The position numbers and the translations under genes are program-made. A DNA stretch of 64,000 nt, from the NCBI GenBank assembly GCA_051294905.1, contig CM119372.1, forward strand, positions 992,001 through 1,056,000, written 5' to 3'. The stretch is from Botryllus schlosseri (lineage: Eukaryota). Position 1 is the first letter of the stretch. Each line of letters starts with the position of its first letter. The notes below the pieces were generated by a model. The model saw only the letters and a program-made list of their open reading frames with translations. It did not search any database and was not told where the DNA came from. Shown here in pieces: positions 1-12,434 of this stretch.

Positions 1-3000
1 GTAGATAGAATCGAAAAATCTAATCGAAAATATTTACGAAGTTTGGATGCGACATATTTGGTTTTTTTTTTTAAATTATTCATATCCATGATTCGAAATA
101 CTTTTGACTAACTTATGTTGTCGACATAAGATAAGCGTGAAGTGTACAAATTTCGATGTTGCGCAAATACCACAAACTTTGCTTGCTTTCAGAGCCGGCA
201 ACTAAATGCAAGACAGACTTTACGCAAAAGTTGCTATTCTGAAAATTTTGTCAAGGTAATGGTTTGAAAACTTATACTTGAGCACTACGAAATGTACAAG
301 TACTTTATCTTTACACGACGTTTTTTGTAAAATGAATACTAATTTTATTGAAAAAATAAAAAAGAGCGAAAAATTACATTTTATCCCGGAGCGCAACAAG
401 AAAAATCGTATGAATTTGTAAACTGACATAATAATAATTCTACTTGTACACTTTTTCACATTTTATAACACTTTAAGTAGTACTTAACAGTTTCAGTTAT
501 AAATAAAATACGGAATATAAACTAATCGAAAAATTCGGTAACCAATTTCGCGTAGGCTATGCATACAAATGAGGAAAGTTACATCAACGCGTGTTAACTA
601 TCGAGTTATCGAATGATTTTTTCCTTACATCAAAACAACTAGAGTGTGTAACTACATTAAAAAACGTATCTAAATGAGCTCCAGGGCATTGTGATTATGC
701 AGCATACCAAATTTCATCACACATTGCATGATGGAACAACTTTAAAACTAACGCAGTTCTATAGCAACTTTTGCCTAAATCTGTTTTCGCTAGCGTGTAC
801 ATATACATAGTCAGCTTTAATAACAGAATTATCATGCTAATATGTGACTCCTCACCCTGAAACTTGGTACGTAGTTGTAGGACACTGGCATTTTACTTAT
901 TCTAGACATGCAAAAATAAATCATGCAGGTATTAGTATTAAGCTCTACTCAGTAAACTGCGATCTGAAATAAGTCGTAGGGATGGTACCACAAAAAATAA
1001 CTATTCATCGTTTTGTATGGCCACATATTGTAGTGTTGCGACATAGAGCGGGCGCATCAGTGCAAGTTTTGAAAGCTGGAAAAGATACGCTCGTATTATT
1101 TGATTCGGATATTAATCCTGTGGAATCTCAAGTTATTCGTAGTCATTGGAAGGATAATTGCATCATAGATGTGCAGGAAAAAGAGATCTTTCGATTTGTG
1201 GGTGTCGTCAATATTCAACGAAAATCCGGCCATATAATTGTGCGCGGGTCCCATTGTTGAAATTGAATTGATCAGCGTGACGTTTTACATACTGCGCTGT
1301 ATCGAAAGCATCAATGCCAGTTGAATATCGTCGAATGACTGTCTATAATGTTAATGACATACAAGAGTCCTAGTTATCTAAGCTGTGGATTTGCATAGCT
1401 GCTTGTCGATATATATGGATACAAGAATGGAACTCGTGAAGCGACATCGAAACATCAAGCGATCTGGAGGATTTCAGCAAGTGAATCGATGCAATGACGC
1501 ACAATGATATCATTGATATATTATGCTCTTTTTCGAAATAAATGAACTCGTACACTATGCAATGCTATTTCAATCAGACTGATTAAGTATCAGCTAAAGT
1601 ATAAGACACGAAAAAAGCTCGGCACTGAATCGTTATATTATGGGAATCGATTCGACTTCTCGGAATCGTAATTAAATGAATGTATCGACAGACAACAAGT
1701 TAGTTGAAAAGTAAAACTAAGCACCAACGAATATCCGTGAAAGGGTTGTAATCTCGGTGAAATAGTGTGCGACACATTTTTCCACAAGTCGAATGCATGT
1801 CGGTTCATACTAAGACCATGTTACGGCCAAATATGTGTGTTTTTCTGTCTCCAAGTCAGCTACCCCCACATTGAATGTACAGAGTCGGTGCATGTATGAG
1901 ACTTCAGAACATTTGAAAGTTATGCAAATTCCAGGATCCTCATTTTCAAAGTAGCTTAGATCTCGAAATAAGCTCTGACTCGCTATTTTCCTCAAAGCAT
2001 GGAATTATCACGAGTATCACCTTCGATCGTTGAAGAAAAGGATGAGATTATATCCGAAGCATATTCCTTGACCAGGAATTTTATCATGTACGAACTCGAT
2101 GGCTCATGCGTTAAGGTGAATACGAAAGCAGAGAGAACCTTACGTCGAGTTGGGGATGAAATGTTCGAGCAACATCGAACTGTCCTAAACGCAGTCTCCA
2201 AACGTCTCCGCTATAGCGATGTTGAAGTCAATGAAAAATATGAAGAATATTTACCCAATGAGCGAATGTTCCTGATGATAGCTGATGAAATTTGCAAAGA
2301 TACCAAAGAAAATTGGGGTAGGATTGTCTCCCTTTTTGTGCTGGGTAGCATTCTTGCTCGCAAGAACGAGGATGAACATCATGGGGAGCATATAGAAGCT
2401 ATCATACAGACAGTCGGAAATTACATTGCTAGCAGAAGACTAAAGTAGATAGTGCGAAATGGAGGATGGGTGGGTGATTTACATGCTTTGCTTATGATTT
2501 ATAAATTATCTTTTAGCATGAGATATATATTGTATCCGCTCCCCAGAGCCCATATCATCTCTCGATGATGAAACTCAGCTTTACCTTCCAATTCGGTTCC
2601 CGATACGATAACTTTCATCCGTATGATCATTAAGGCTTCTATTTTTGTTGTAGGATGGCTTTGTAGAATTCTTTGATAATACCGCTTTCGACTACAATAA
2701 AGTTTGGCAGGGACTCGTGTTTGTCGGGATCGGACTGGCATCTATTGCAATGGCATTATCAAGATAATGGATGTTCGCGTGTTTTGTCTCATGTAATATT
2801 TTAAGAATAAAATTCTTCATCGTTTAATCGCATCCATTTTACTGTAGGACCTATACAGTTTCTTCTGAGGATACTCGAAGGATTGCCCCATATGGAAACC
2901 TTCTTTATACTTTTAATTTTTCAAATTTCTACAGCTACGTAAGGAAATTGTTAGGATTACCCAGAATACATTGCAGGTCAAATTTGATTCGATTACGAGC

Positions 3001-3650
3001 ATTATAGCGACAGAGATTTACGATAGTGTAAAATGACCTACCTTACGACATCAAATTTCGTCTTCTCTCCAAGTGGGTATATCATGTTCTATAATATTGT
3101 CCATACCGAACAAATATAAATTTGCCTGTGCTGTTGCTTTGCAAGAATACTTTGCTCACATAGTAACCAATTTCTGGTGGATCCCGAATCGATATAGACA
3201 GAAATGCGAAAAGGTACATTGACATGTCTTAACTTCTGCCATAGAAGTTGCGTTTCTGACTACTTAAAAGTTGCTAGAGCTCACGCTGTTTTATCGTCGT
3301 ATTGATGTTCGTTTTGAAAAGTAGCATGCTCAATGGTTCATGTTCACATTATTCAGTTTAATTAGGTTTTGCGCAAAGAAAAATAAAATTCACGCAAAAG
3401 TCGGTATTGCTCCGCGATGATTTTGATGTTGTTCCATACCGATGTGGGAGGTAGTACACTTAATTTCGAAAAGTACGCAGATAACTACTTCTACTAAATT
3501 CTTACACTTCTAAGCTTCTACACTGAATCTTGTGAAGTATATAGAAAAGGAAAACTAACGAATAATTCATGAAGTTCCGATAGGCTATATTTGAGGTAAT
3601 GATTCCCATGCGAATGAAAAGTAAGAGCAGAAGGTTAGTATATCAACGAA
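1..3650 (+). repeat. Left arm of a long near-perfect inverted repeat (may extend beyond the left edge of the window)
   Basis: Reverse complement of ~4843-8491. Mirrored ORF pairs have coordinate sums of 8492-8493. By eye there are about 9 substitutions and 2 homopolymer indels between the arms. Confidence 0.97.
1999..2469 (+). pseudogene. Bcl-2 family (Bcl-2/Bcl-xL/Mcl-1-like) gene with in-frame TAG at the first BH2 Trp; copy 1
   Basis: BH4-like SLTRNFIMYEL, BH3 LRRVGDEM and BH1 ENWGRIVSLFVLG, followed by LK*IVRNGGW (BH2 consensus WIxxNGGW) with TAG at 2446-2448. A GT at 2470 follows GGW, where Bcl-2 family genes typically have an intron. The downstream exon or TM anchor was not confidently located. 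Confidence 0.85.
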
Positions 3651-4549
3651 ATCATTACTTCTTGTACTTTAGTAGGACTTTACTGCTACAATGTACTTTT
3701 TTCAGTGGACCAGTGGTCTTGGTGAGTGTTGTCAGTTTCATCTCTATCCTACGAAAAGCTACTTGAGTACTTCACGGGTTCGTATCATCGCAAATAATAT
3801 ATTCTAAACATGTTTAGATAGCGAGGAGTTGTAATTATAGGTGAAAGGGACAAATTTTATCTAAAACTGAAACTGTAAAGTACCGATAAAGTAGTCTAGA
3901 GTATTTTTTATGTTTATTCAGCTCAATGAATATCTTCATTTGGCCTGCTTACTACATTTTAAAGATTTTCTACGCTAGAAAAATCGCTGTAACATGATAA
4001 GTATATTATAATTAATCTTATCAGCGCGGCACAGTACATTCGAGTAAATTCATTAAATTAGCTTATGTTTATGAAATTATTTGGTTTCCGAATTCTATCT
4101 AAAACTGAAACCGACGAGTATCGGTAAAAGCAGTCTTAAACCGTAGTCACTTATTACGTGGAGAGAGGCGATAGCGAAGTACTCGTGCATTTTGTACTAC
4201 TCAAGTATAGGTTTTATCTGCTTGCACTAAACTTAATCAAGTGATTAACTATTTACACTGCATCTAATTCTATTTCAGAGTATTCAGTTTTCAGGTAAAC
4301 TATACCTGCAATACTTACTTTTTAACTCACTTGGAAATCATCACGTCTTGTACTTTACTAGAAATTTACTGCTACTAAATGTTGGAATGTACTGTTTTCA
4401 GCGGTCTTCATGAGTGGTGCAAGTTTCATCTATATCCTACGACGCATTTTCGCGCTGCAGAATGACTTATCGCAATAAAAATAACAAAAATACTTCGAGA
4501 ATTTGCGAACTCTCACTGCGCGATATTTGAGTTTTACGATGAGTGATAA

Positions 4550-4852
4550 CTCTATCATAGATGTGAAGGGGGAAGAGATCTTTCGGTTTGTGGGTGTCGT
4601 TAATATTCAACGAAAATCCGGCTACATAATCGTGCGGGGGAGCCATTGTTGAATTTGAATTGATCAACGTAGCGCTATTCATATTGCGCTGTACCGAAAG
4701 CTTCAATGGTCCTGGTGTAGTTGTTCCTAATCCAGACATTCTGCTCGTACGGATGACAGCAAAGCGAAACCACGAAACCTCGAAACATCAATCGATCTGG
4801 AGGATTTCAAGCAGCGAATCGACGCAATGACGGGTAACGATATCGTTGATAT
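4550..4852 (+). repeat. Diverged third copy of arm segment ~1165-1520, located in the palindrome spacer
   Basis: Shared blocks include ATCATAGATGTG, GAGATCTTTCG, TTTGTGGGTGTCGT, AATATTCAACGAAAATCCGG and CGAAACATCAA..CGATCTGGAGGATTTCA. Confidence 0.85.
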
Positions 4853-7800
4853 ACTAACCTTCTGCTCTTACTTTTCATTCGCATGGGAATCATTACCTCA
4901 AATATAGCCTATCGGAACTTCATGAATTATTCGTTAGTTTTCCTTTTCTATATACTTCACAAGATTCAGTGTAGAAGCTTAGAAGTGTAAGAATTTAGTA
5001 GAAGTAGTTATCTGCGTACTTTTCGAAATTAAGTGTACTACCTCCCAAATCGGTATGGAACAACATCAAAATCATCGCGGAGCAATACCGACTTTTGCGT
5101 GAATTTTATTTTTCTTTGCGCAAAACCTAATTAAACTGAATAATGTGAACATGAACCATTGAGCATGCTACTTTTCAAAACGAACATCAATACGACGATA
5201 AAACAGCGTGAGCTCTAGCAACTTTTAAGTGGTCAGAAACGCAACTTCTATGGCAGAAGTTAAGACATGTCAATGTACCTTTTCGCATTTCTGTCTATAT
5301 CAATTCGGGATCCACCAGAAATTGGTTACTATGTGAGCAAAGTATTCTTGCAAAGCAACAGCACAGGCAAATTTATATTTGTTCGGTATGGACAATATTA
5401 TAGAACATGATATACCCACTTGGAGAGAAGACGAAATTTGATGTCGTAAGGTAGGTCATTTTACACTATCGTAAATCTCTGTCGCTATAATGCTCGTAAT
5501 CGAATCAAATTTGACCTGCAATGTATTCTGGGTAATCCTAACAATTTCCTTACGTAGCTGTAGAAATTTGAAAAATTAAAAGTATAAAGAAGGTTTCCAT
5601 ATGGGGCAATCCTTCGAGTATCCTCAGAAGAAACTGTATAGGTCCTACAGTAAAATGGATGCGATTAAACGATGAAGAATTTTATTCTTAAAATATTACA
5701 TGAGACAAAACACGCGAACATCCATTATCTTGATAATGCCATTGCAATAGATGTCAGTCCGATCCCGACAAACACGAGTCCCTGCCAAACTTTATTGTAG
5801 TCGAAAGCGGTATTATCAAAGAATTCTACAAAGCCATCCTACAACAAAAATAGAAGCCTTAATGATCATACGGATGAAAGTTATCGTATCGGGAACCGAA
5901 TTGGAAGGTAAAGCTGAGTTTCATCATCGAGAGATGATATGGGCTCTGGGGAGCGGATACAATATATATCTCATGCTAAAAGATAATTTATAAATCATAA
6001 GCAAAGCATGTAAATCACCCACCCATCCTCCATTTCGCACTATCTACTTTAGTCTTCTGCTAGCAATGTAATTTCCGACTGTCTGTATGATAGCTTCTAT
6101 ATGCTCCCCATGATGTTCATCCTCGTTCTTGCGAGCAAGAATGCTACCCAGCACAAAAAGGGAGACAATCCTACCCCAATTTTCTTTGGTATCTTTGCAA
6201 ATTTCATCAGCTATCATCAGGAACATTCGCTCATTGGGTAAATATTCTTCATATTTTTCATTGACTTCAACATCGCTATAGCGGAGACGTTTGGAGACTG
6301 CGTTTAGGACAGTTCGATGTTGCTCGAACATTTCATCCCCAACTCGACGTAAGGTTCTCTCTGCTTTCGTATTCACCTTAACGCATGAGCCATCGAGTTC
6401 GTACATGATAAAATTCCTGGTCAAGGAATATGCTTCGGATATAATCTCATCCTTTTCTTCAACGATCGAAGGTGATACTCGTGATAATTCCATGCTTTGA
6501 GGAAAATAGCGAGTCAGAGCTTATTTCGAGATCTAAGCTACTTTGAAAATGAGGATCCTAGAATTTGCATAACTTTCAAATGTTCTGAAGTCTCATACAT
6601 GCACCGACTCTGTACATTCAATGTGGGGGTAGCTGACTTGGAGACAGAAAAACACACATATTTGGCCGTAACATGGTCTTAGTATGAACCGACATGCATT
6701 CGACTTGTGGAAAAATGTGTCGCACACTATTTCACCGAGATTACAACCCTTTCACGGATATTCGTTGGTGCTTAGTTTTACTTTTCAACTAACTTGTTGT
6801 CTGTCGATACATTCATTTAATTACGATTCCGAGAAGTCGAATCGATTCCCATAATATAACGATTCAGTGCCGAGCTTTTTTCGTGTCTTATACTTTAGCT
6901 GATACTTAATCAGTCTGATTGAAATAGCATTGCATAGTGTACGAGTTCATTTATTTCGAAAAAGAGCATAATATATCAATGATATCATTGTGCGTCATTG
7001 CATCGATTCACTTGCTGAAATCCTCCAGATCGCTTGATGTTTCGATGTCGCTTCACGAGTTCCATTCTTGTATCCATATATATCGACAAGCAGCTATGCA
7101 AATCCACAGCTTAGATAACTAGGACTCTTGTATGTCATTAACATTATAGACAGTCATTCGACGATATTCAACTGGCATTGATGCTTTCGATACAGCGCAG
7201 TATGTAAAACGTCACGCTGATCAATTCAATTTCAACAATGGGACCCGCGCACAATTATATGGCCGGATTTTCGTTGAATATTGACGACTCCCACAAATCG
7301 AAAGATCTCTTTTTCCTGCACATCTATGATGCAATTATCCTTCCAATGACTACGAATAACTTGAGATTCCACAGGATTAATATCCGAATCAAATAATACG
7401 AGCGTATCTTTTCCAGCTTTCAAAACTTGCACTGATGCGCCCGCTCTATGTCGCAACACTACAATATGTGGCCATACAAAACGATGTATAGTTATTTTTT
7501 GTGGTACCATCCCTACGACTTATTTCAGATCGCAGTTTACTGAGTAGAGCTTAATACTAATACCTGCATGATTTATTTTTGCATGTCTAGAATAAGTAAA
7601 ATGCCAGTGTCCTACAACTACGTACCAAGTTTCAGGGTGAGGAGTCACATATTAGCATGATAATTCTGTTATTAAAGCTGACTATGTATATGTACACGCT
7701 AGCGAAAACAGATTTAGGCAAAAGTTGCTATAGAACTGCGTTAGTTTTAAAGTTGTTCCATCATGCAATGTGTGATGAAATTTGGTATGCTGCATAATCA

Positions 7801-8491
7801 CAATGCCCTGGAGCTCATTTAGATACGTTTTTTTAATGTAGTTACACATTCTAGTTGTTTTGATGTAAGGAAAAAATCATTCGATAACTCGATAGTTAAC
7901 ACGCGTTGATGTAACTTTCCTCATTTGTATGCATAGCCTACGCGAAATTGGTTACCGAATTTTTCGATTAGTTTATATTCCGTATTTTATTTATAACTGA
8001 AACTGTTAAGTACTACTTAAAGTGTTATAAAATGTGAAAAAGTGTACAAGTAGAATTATTATTATGTCAGTTTACAAATTCATACGATTTTTCTTGTTGC
8101 GCTCCGGGATAAAATGTAATTTTTCGCTCTTTTTTATTTTTTCAATAAAATTAGTATTCATTTTACAAAAAACGTCGTGTAAAGATAAAGTACTTGTACA
8201 TTTCGTAGTGCTCAAGTATAAGTTTTCAAACCATTACCTTGACAAAATTTTCAGAATAGCAACTTTTGCGTAAAGTCTGTCTTGCATTTAGTTGCCGGCT
8301 CTGAAAGCAAGCAAAGTTTGTGGTATTTGCGCAACATCGAAATTTGTACACTTCACGCTTATCTTATGTCGACAACATAAGTTAGTCAAAAGTATTTCGA
8401 ATCAGGGATATGAATAATTTAAAAAAAAAACCAAATATGTCGCATCCAAACTTCGTAAATATTTTCGATTAGATTTTTCGATTCTATCTAC
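4843..8491 (-). repeat. Right arm of the long inverted repeat
   Basis: Position 8491 pairs with position 1. The inner end TCGTTGATATACTAACC (from 4843) mirrors GGTTAGTATATCAACGA (ending 3649). Confidence 0.97.
6023..6493 (-). pseudogene. Bcl-2 family gene, copy 2 (identical protein, same BH2 TAG)
   Basis: Mirror copy in the right palindrome arm. The 149-aa ORF is identical to copy 1 and stops at 6046-6044. Confidence 0.85.
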
Positions 8492-9000
8492 TTTAAAAGA
8501 CTCAGTGTAGAAGTTTCGAAACTTGCATGAATTACAAGCTACATAATACAATTAGTTAACACGCGTTGATGTAACTTTCCTCATTTGTATGCAAGCCTAT
8601 GCGAAATTGGTTACCGAATTTTTCGATTAGTTTATATTCCGAATTTTATTTAAGTACTACTAAAATTGTTATAAAATATGAAAAAGTATACAAGTAGAAT
8701 TAATATTATGTCATGAATAATTAGTTTACAAATTCATACGAATTTTCTTGTTGCGTTCCGGGATAACATGTAATTTTTCGCTCTTTTTTATTTTTTATTT
8801 TTTCAATAAAATTAGTATTCATTTAACAAAAAACGTCGTGTTAAGGTAAAGTACTTGTACATTTCATAGTGCTCAAGTATAAGTTTTTAAACTATTAACT
8901 TGATAAAGTTTTCAGAATAGAGACTTTTGCGTAAAGTCTGTCTTGCATTTAGTTGCCAGCTCTGAAAGCAGGCAAAGTTTGTGGTATTTGTGCAACATTT
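7893..9000 (+). repeat. Diverged direct duplication of ~450 bp (7893-8340 and 8553-9000), plus a partial third copy at ~9190-9285
   Basis: TAGTTAACACGCGTTGATGTAACTTTCCTCATTTGTATGCA through CAAAGTTTGTGGTATTTG is repeated with scattered substitutions and indels. Confidence 0.85.
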
Positions 9001-10828
9001 AAAATCGATAAAGTAGTCTAAAACCTAGTCACTTTTTACGTGGACGGAGTACATAGCGAAGTACTTGTACATTTTGGAGCACTCAATTATAGGTTTGGCC
9101 TGCTTGCGCTATACTTAATGAATCATTCCTATGTCATAACTACTTGAGTTGTTGGTGCGTGTAGACAAAAACCTACTTGAGAACATAATTTTTATTTTTC
9201 AATAAAATTAGTATTCATCTTACAAAAACGTCGTGAAAAGGTAAAGTACTTGTACATTTCGGAGTACTCAAGTATAGGTTTTGTCATCTTATTATATGCT
9301 CAGTATATTATATGTCAAGAATTGTGGAGCATTTATGTGGGTCTCCGGGGCGCTCTTCATTGAGTGTCCGTGTTGAGCGATAAGTTTAATTCGCGAAATT
9401 AGTGTGTTCAAATCAGGCCTGTCGCCAACATGGTGATGTCGCATAAGCCCTAAATACACATAATAGAATATCAAGGAAAAGTATCATCTAACGTATAATG
9501 AATGTTATTTATTTCTCGGAAGCAAGTTATTATCAAAACATAGTGGTCAAAATTATCGCAGAGCAATACCGATTTTGCGTAAATTCCGTTATGCGTCCGA
9601 CTATGTTACTAGGGATTATGTAGTTAGTTAGGAAATTAGGAGTCCTATCTTCCCAATCGGTATGGAACAACATCAAAATCATCACAAAGCAATATCGAAT
9701 TTTGCGTGCATTCTGTTATGCGTTTTACTACGGTAGTATGCGCATCTGCATACAGGTGTCCAGACGTGTACTTTCTACTATATTCGCTCCTAACATTATA
9801 GCAGCGCCCGACGCAGCTTACATTATTACGTTATAAGACGCTGGCGGCGTTTCACTGTCGGTTTAATCACCCTTATTCTAGTGACATGAAAAGGACTGAA
9901 TCGTATGAAATGTGGTCACTACAAGAATCGAGCGAAAGCGCTGTTTCACGCCGTCTTGCATCGGTCCTAGGGTTTGTCTACTAACAGTTCTTAGTTTTGA
10001 TTAATGAAAAATATAGTGATTGAAAATAGATCACTGGATTATTTACTTTTATAACTTTATATTTTGTGAAGTAGAGAGTAGTTTAAGGTTAAGATAGTAT
10101 AACCTTGGTGAGTGCTATCGTCTCACTCGATCATCATCTTTAAATCAGGGCTATCTCAATGATGTTGACTAAATTTACGGTTTCAGAACGCGCTAATTAG
10201 ACCTTATCGTTATGACGCTGGGGTTCGCGTACAGGTATCGAAAGTGTTTGTATAAATAATGCCCTGCGAATCGCACGCCTGCGGCTATTGTTAGTTCGAT
10301 TATTTTCGCCTTGGGATTCGCGTATATGCTACTAAGCTGTTACGACTTCGAAACGTGCACATGCGAGGGATTTGTTTCCGTAGCTCTGAACTTGAGAATC
10401 GCTTGCCTGCGTCTAATGAAAATAAGTCGTAAAATGTGGAGCCTGCAGAGACCGTAACTTGTATACATAAAATCAAGTTTAAAAATATGGACGGATGAGT
10501 TATCTCTGACCAATAGAGTAATATAACCGCCTATAGTTTAGTGAGGGAATTGCTATAATGTATATCCAAACAATCGTTGCAGACTCTGAATGTTACCAAG
10601 GTCCTTATCACAAAAAATCATACATCAGAAGCGTAGGGATTGATATTATCGAGTCGCAGCGCTCAAAATCGCAAAGGTATTCAATACATATTGCTAAATA
10701 CACATGGAAAATAGGTATTGAAATTCACAAAACATTGCAATCGCCTAATTCCTCTGTGATGACATCATAAACCGGGCATAGTCCGACGCAAATTATATTA
10801 TGAGAGTGTTTACATTCTAAATAGCCTG

Positions 10829-10848
10829 AGGGGCGGGGCGTATAAAAA
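10829..10848 (+). promoter_or_regulatory. GC box abutting a TATA box (candidate Pol II core promoter)
   Basis: GGGGCGGGGCG is followed directly by TATAAAAA, with an ATG about 35 nt downstream. Confidence 0.4.
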
Positions 10849-10940
10849 GGATAATAATACTACTCACAGCACGCGTCAAAAATGTACGATTCCACCGGAG
10901 AAGTGAGAAAATCCCCAAAAAATCGTAACCTGACGCGCCA

Positions 10941-11225
10941 TATGCGGAGCAGAATTATTCATGAGAATGTGCTCGTAGTCTTGTAATTTCAGAAAATCCG
11001 ACGGAAGCGTTGGATCATCTCCTCCAGAAACGCGGGAAATTGATTTCTTCCCCGAATCGGACACCTCGCGATCAGGTTTTTCGATATAAAATTCATGAGA
11101 ATGCGCACGCGACGCGACGATACTCACAGGATCTCAACTCCTCTTGTTATATTGCGGAGATTATCCGGATAACTTACGTCGATTCCGTCAATCACTAGCA
11201 TACCTTGAGATACTAATAAGATAGT
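10941..11225 (+). pseudogene. Possible frameshifted CARD/death-fold remnant
   Basis: Pieces from three frames read MRSRIIHEN / ARSLVISENPTEALDHLLQKRGKLIS / QLLLLYCGDYPDNLRRFRQSL, which resembles CARD helix patterns. Frameshifts are needed and recognition is by eye only. Confidence 0.25.
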
Positions 11226-12434
11226 AATGAGATGTCGGGAATTTGAGTATCGCGGACGCTTTTTGCTTGGAAACTGTGTAAATGAAAGCTGTACTTTCTC
11301 TTCACGATATATTCTGACTCCTCCATCATCGTTCAATTATATGTCCAAGTTATTGAATTCGTATTTTTCTGTGAACAGTTATTCATCTACATCAGTGGTT
11401 ATTAACCTTTAGTAATCTGGCAAACCCTTACGCTAATTTGCGAGGCTTTATCGAACCCCAAATTTTCGCCTATAGTCTACGACATTACACATCCAGCCCC
11501 TTGCTATACAGAATACTGGTGCGCAAAATGAACCATGCATCAACATTCAACAACATTGAAAGAACAAAACCATTGAAATATGATTTTCACACAAAAGATA
11601 ATGAATTTACTGTAAATCGGTATGACTGACGCTGTATCAGTGTGTGTGTTGAGCTCCACCGAACCCCTGGGGCTCCTGCGAACCAGTACAGATAAGAACC
11701 AATGCTCTATACATATTGTGCATTTTCTGTCTATATTAACTATTCTGAATGTGGTGGAGAAAAAAAATAACATCGTTTGAAAGCGCCAGTTTTCAATAGG
11801 AATAATAATTGAGATAAATCTGGAAAGGCATCAATTATGACTGATTAGTGTCGGTTGAGGTTTCGCGAAACAGTAAAACTTCGAAAAGCCCGAAAAGTAT
11901 AACTTCTTTCGACTGACACAGCCTTTTGAAACGTGTCGAAGTCCTCGCCGGTGTATCATTTAATATTACGCCATTAGCTGGGTATGCAGCCTGATCTGAC
12001 ATATCTATTTCGCCTATTACCGACAAGTACCACTTCATTTTATTCTTTCGTCCGTTAATGCTATCTTCCGTAACATTTCATTCAGCGTCCATGCTTCTTA
12101 ATAAATGTTAAAGGCCAAGGTGGGTGTCTGATTTCAAAGACTACTCCAAGTCGTTTCGACACCTTCCTATCTTTTCAGTGTATCGCAATCTTGTGGCGTC
12201 TTGATGAAAAATATAGACTGAGCTGAACACACAATAGTAGTCAGCCAGCAGGCTTGTACAACTAGATAAATATAGTTGTATATAATTAGACTAAAAGATC
12301 GTAATGCCAGAATTCAAATTCTGATCTTATTTGTGATATTTCTAAGCTCTCATTTTCATTCTAATCTAATTCCTGATTTTCCTGAAAAGGCTGCAGGAGA
12401 ACTGTATAGTGCGAAACGAGCCAAGCTTGCTGTA

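Noticed and set aside
2470..2900. Second exon or TM anchor of the Bcl-2-like gene (candidate acceptors at 2516 and 2847; hydrophobic stretch TITFIRMIIKASIFVVGWLCRIL)
   Set aside because: No candidate gives a clean in-frame, family-like C-terminus without stops, so it was left unassigned.
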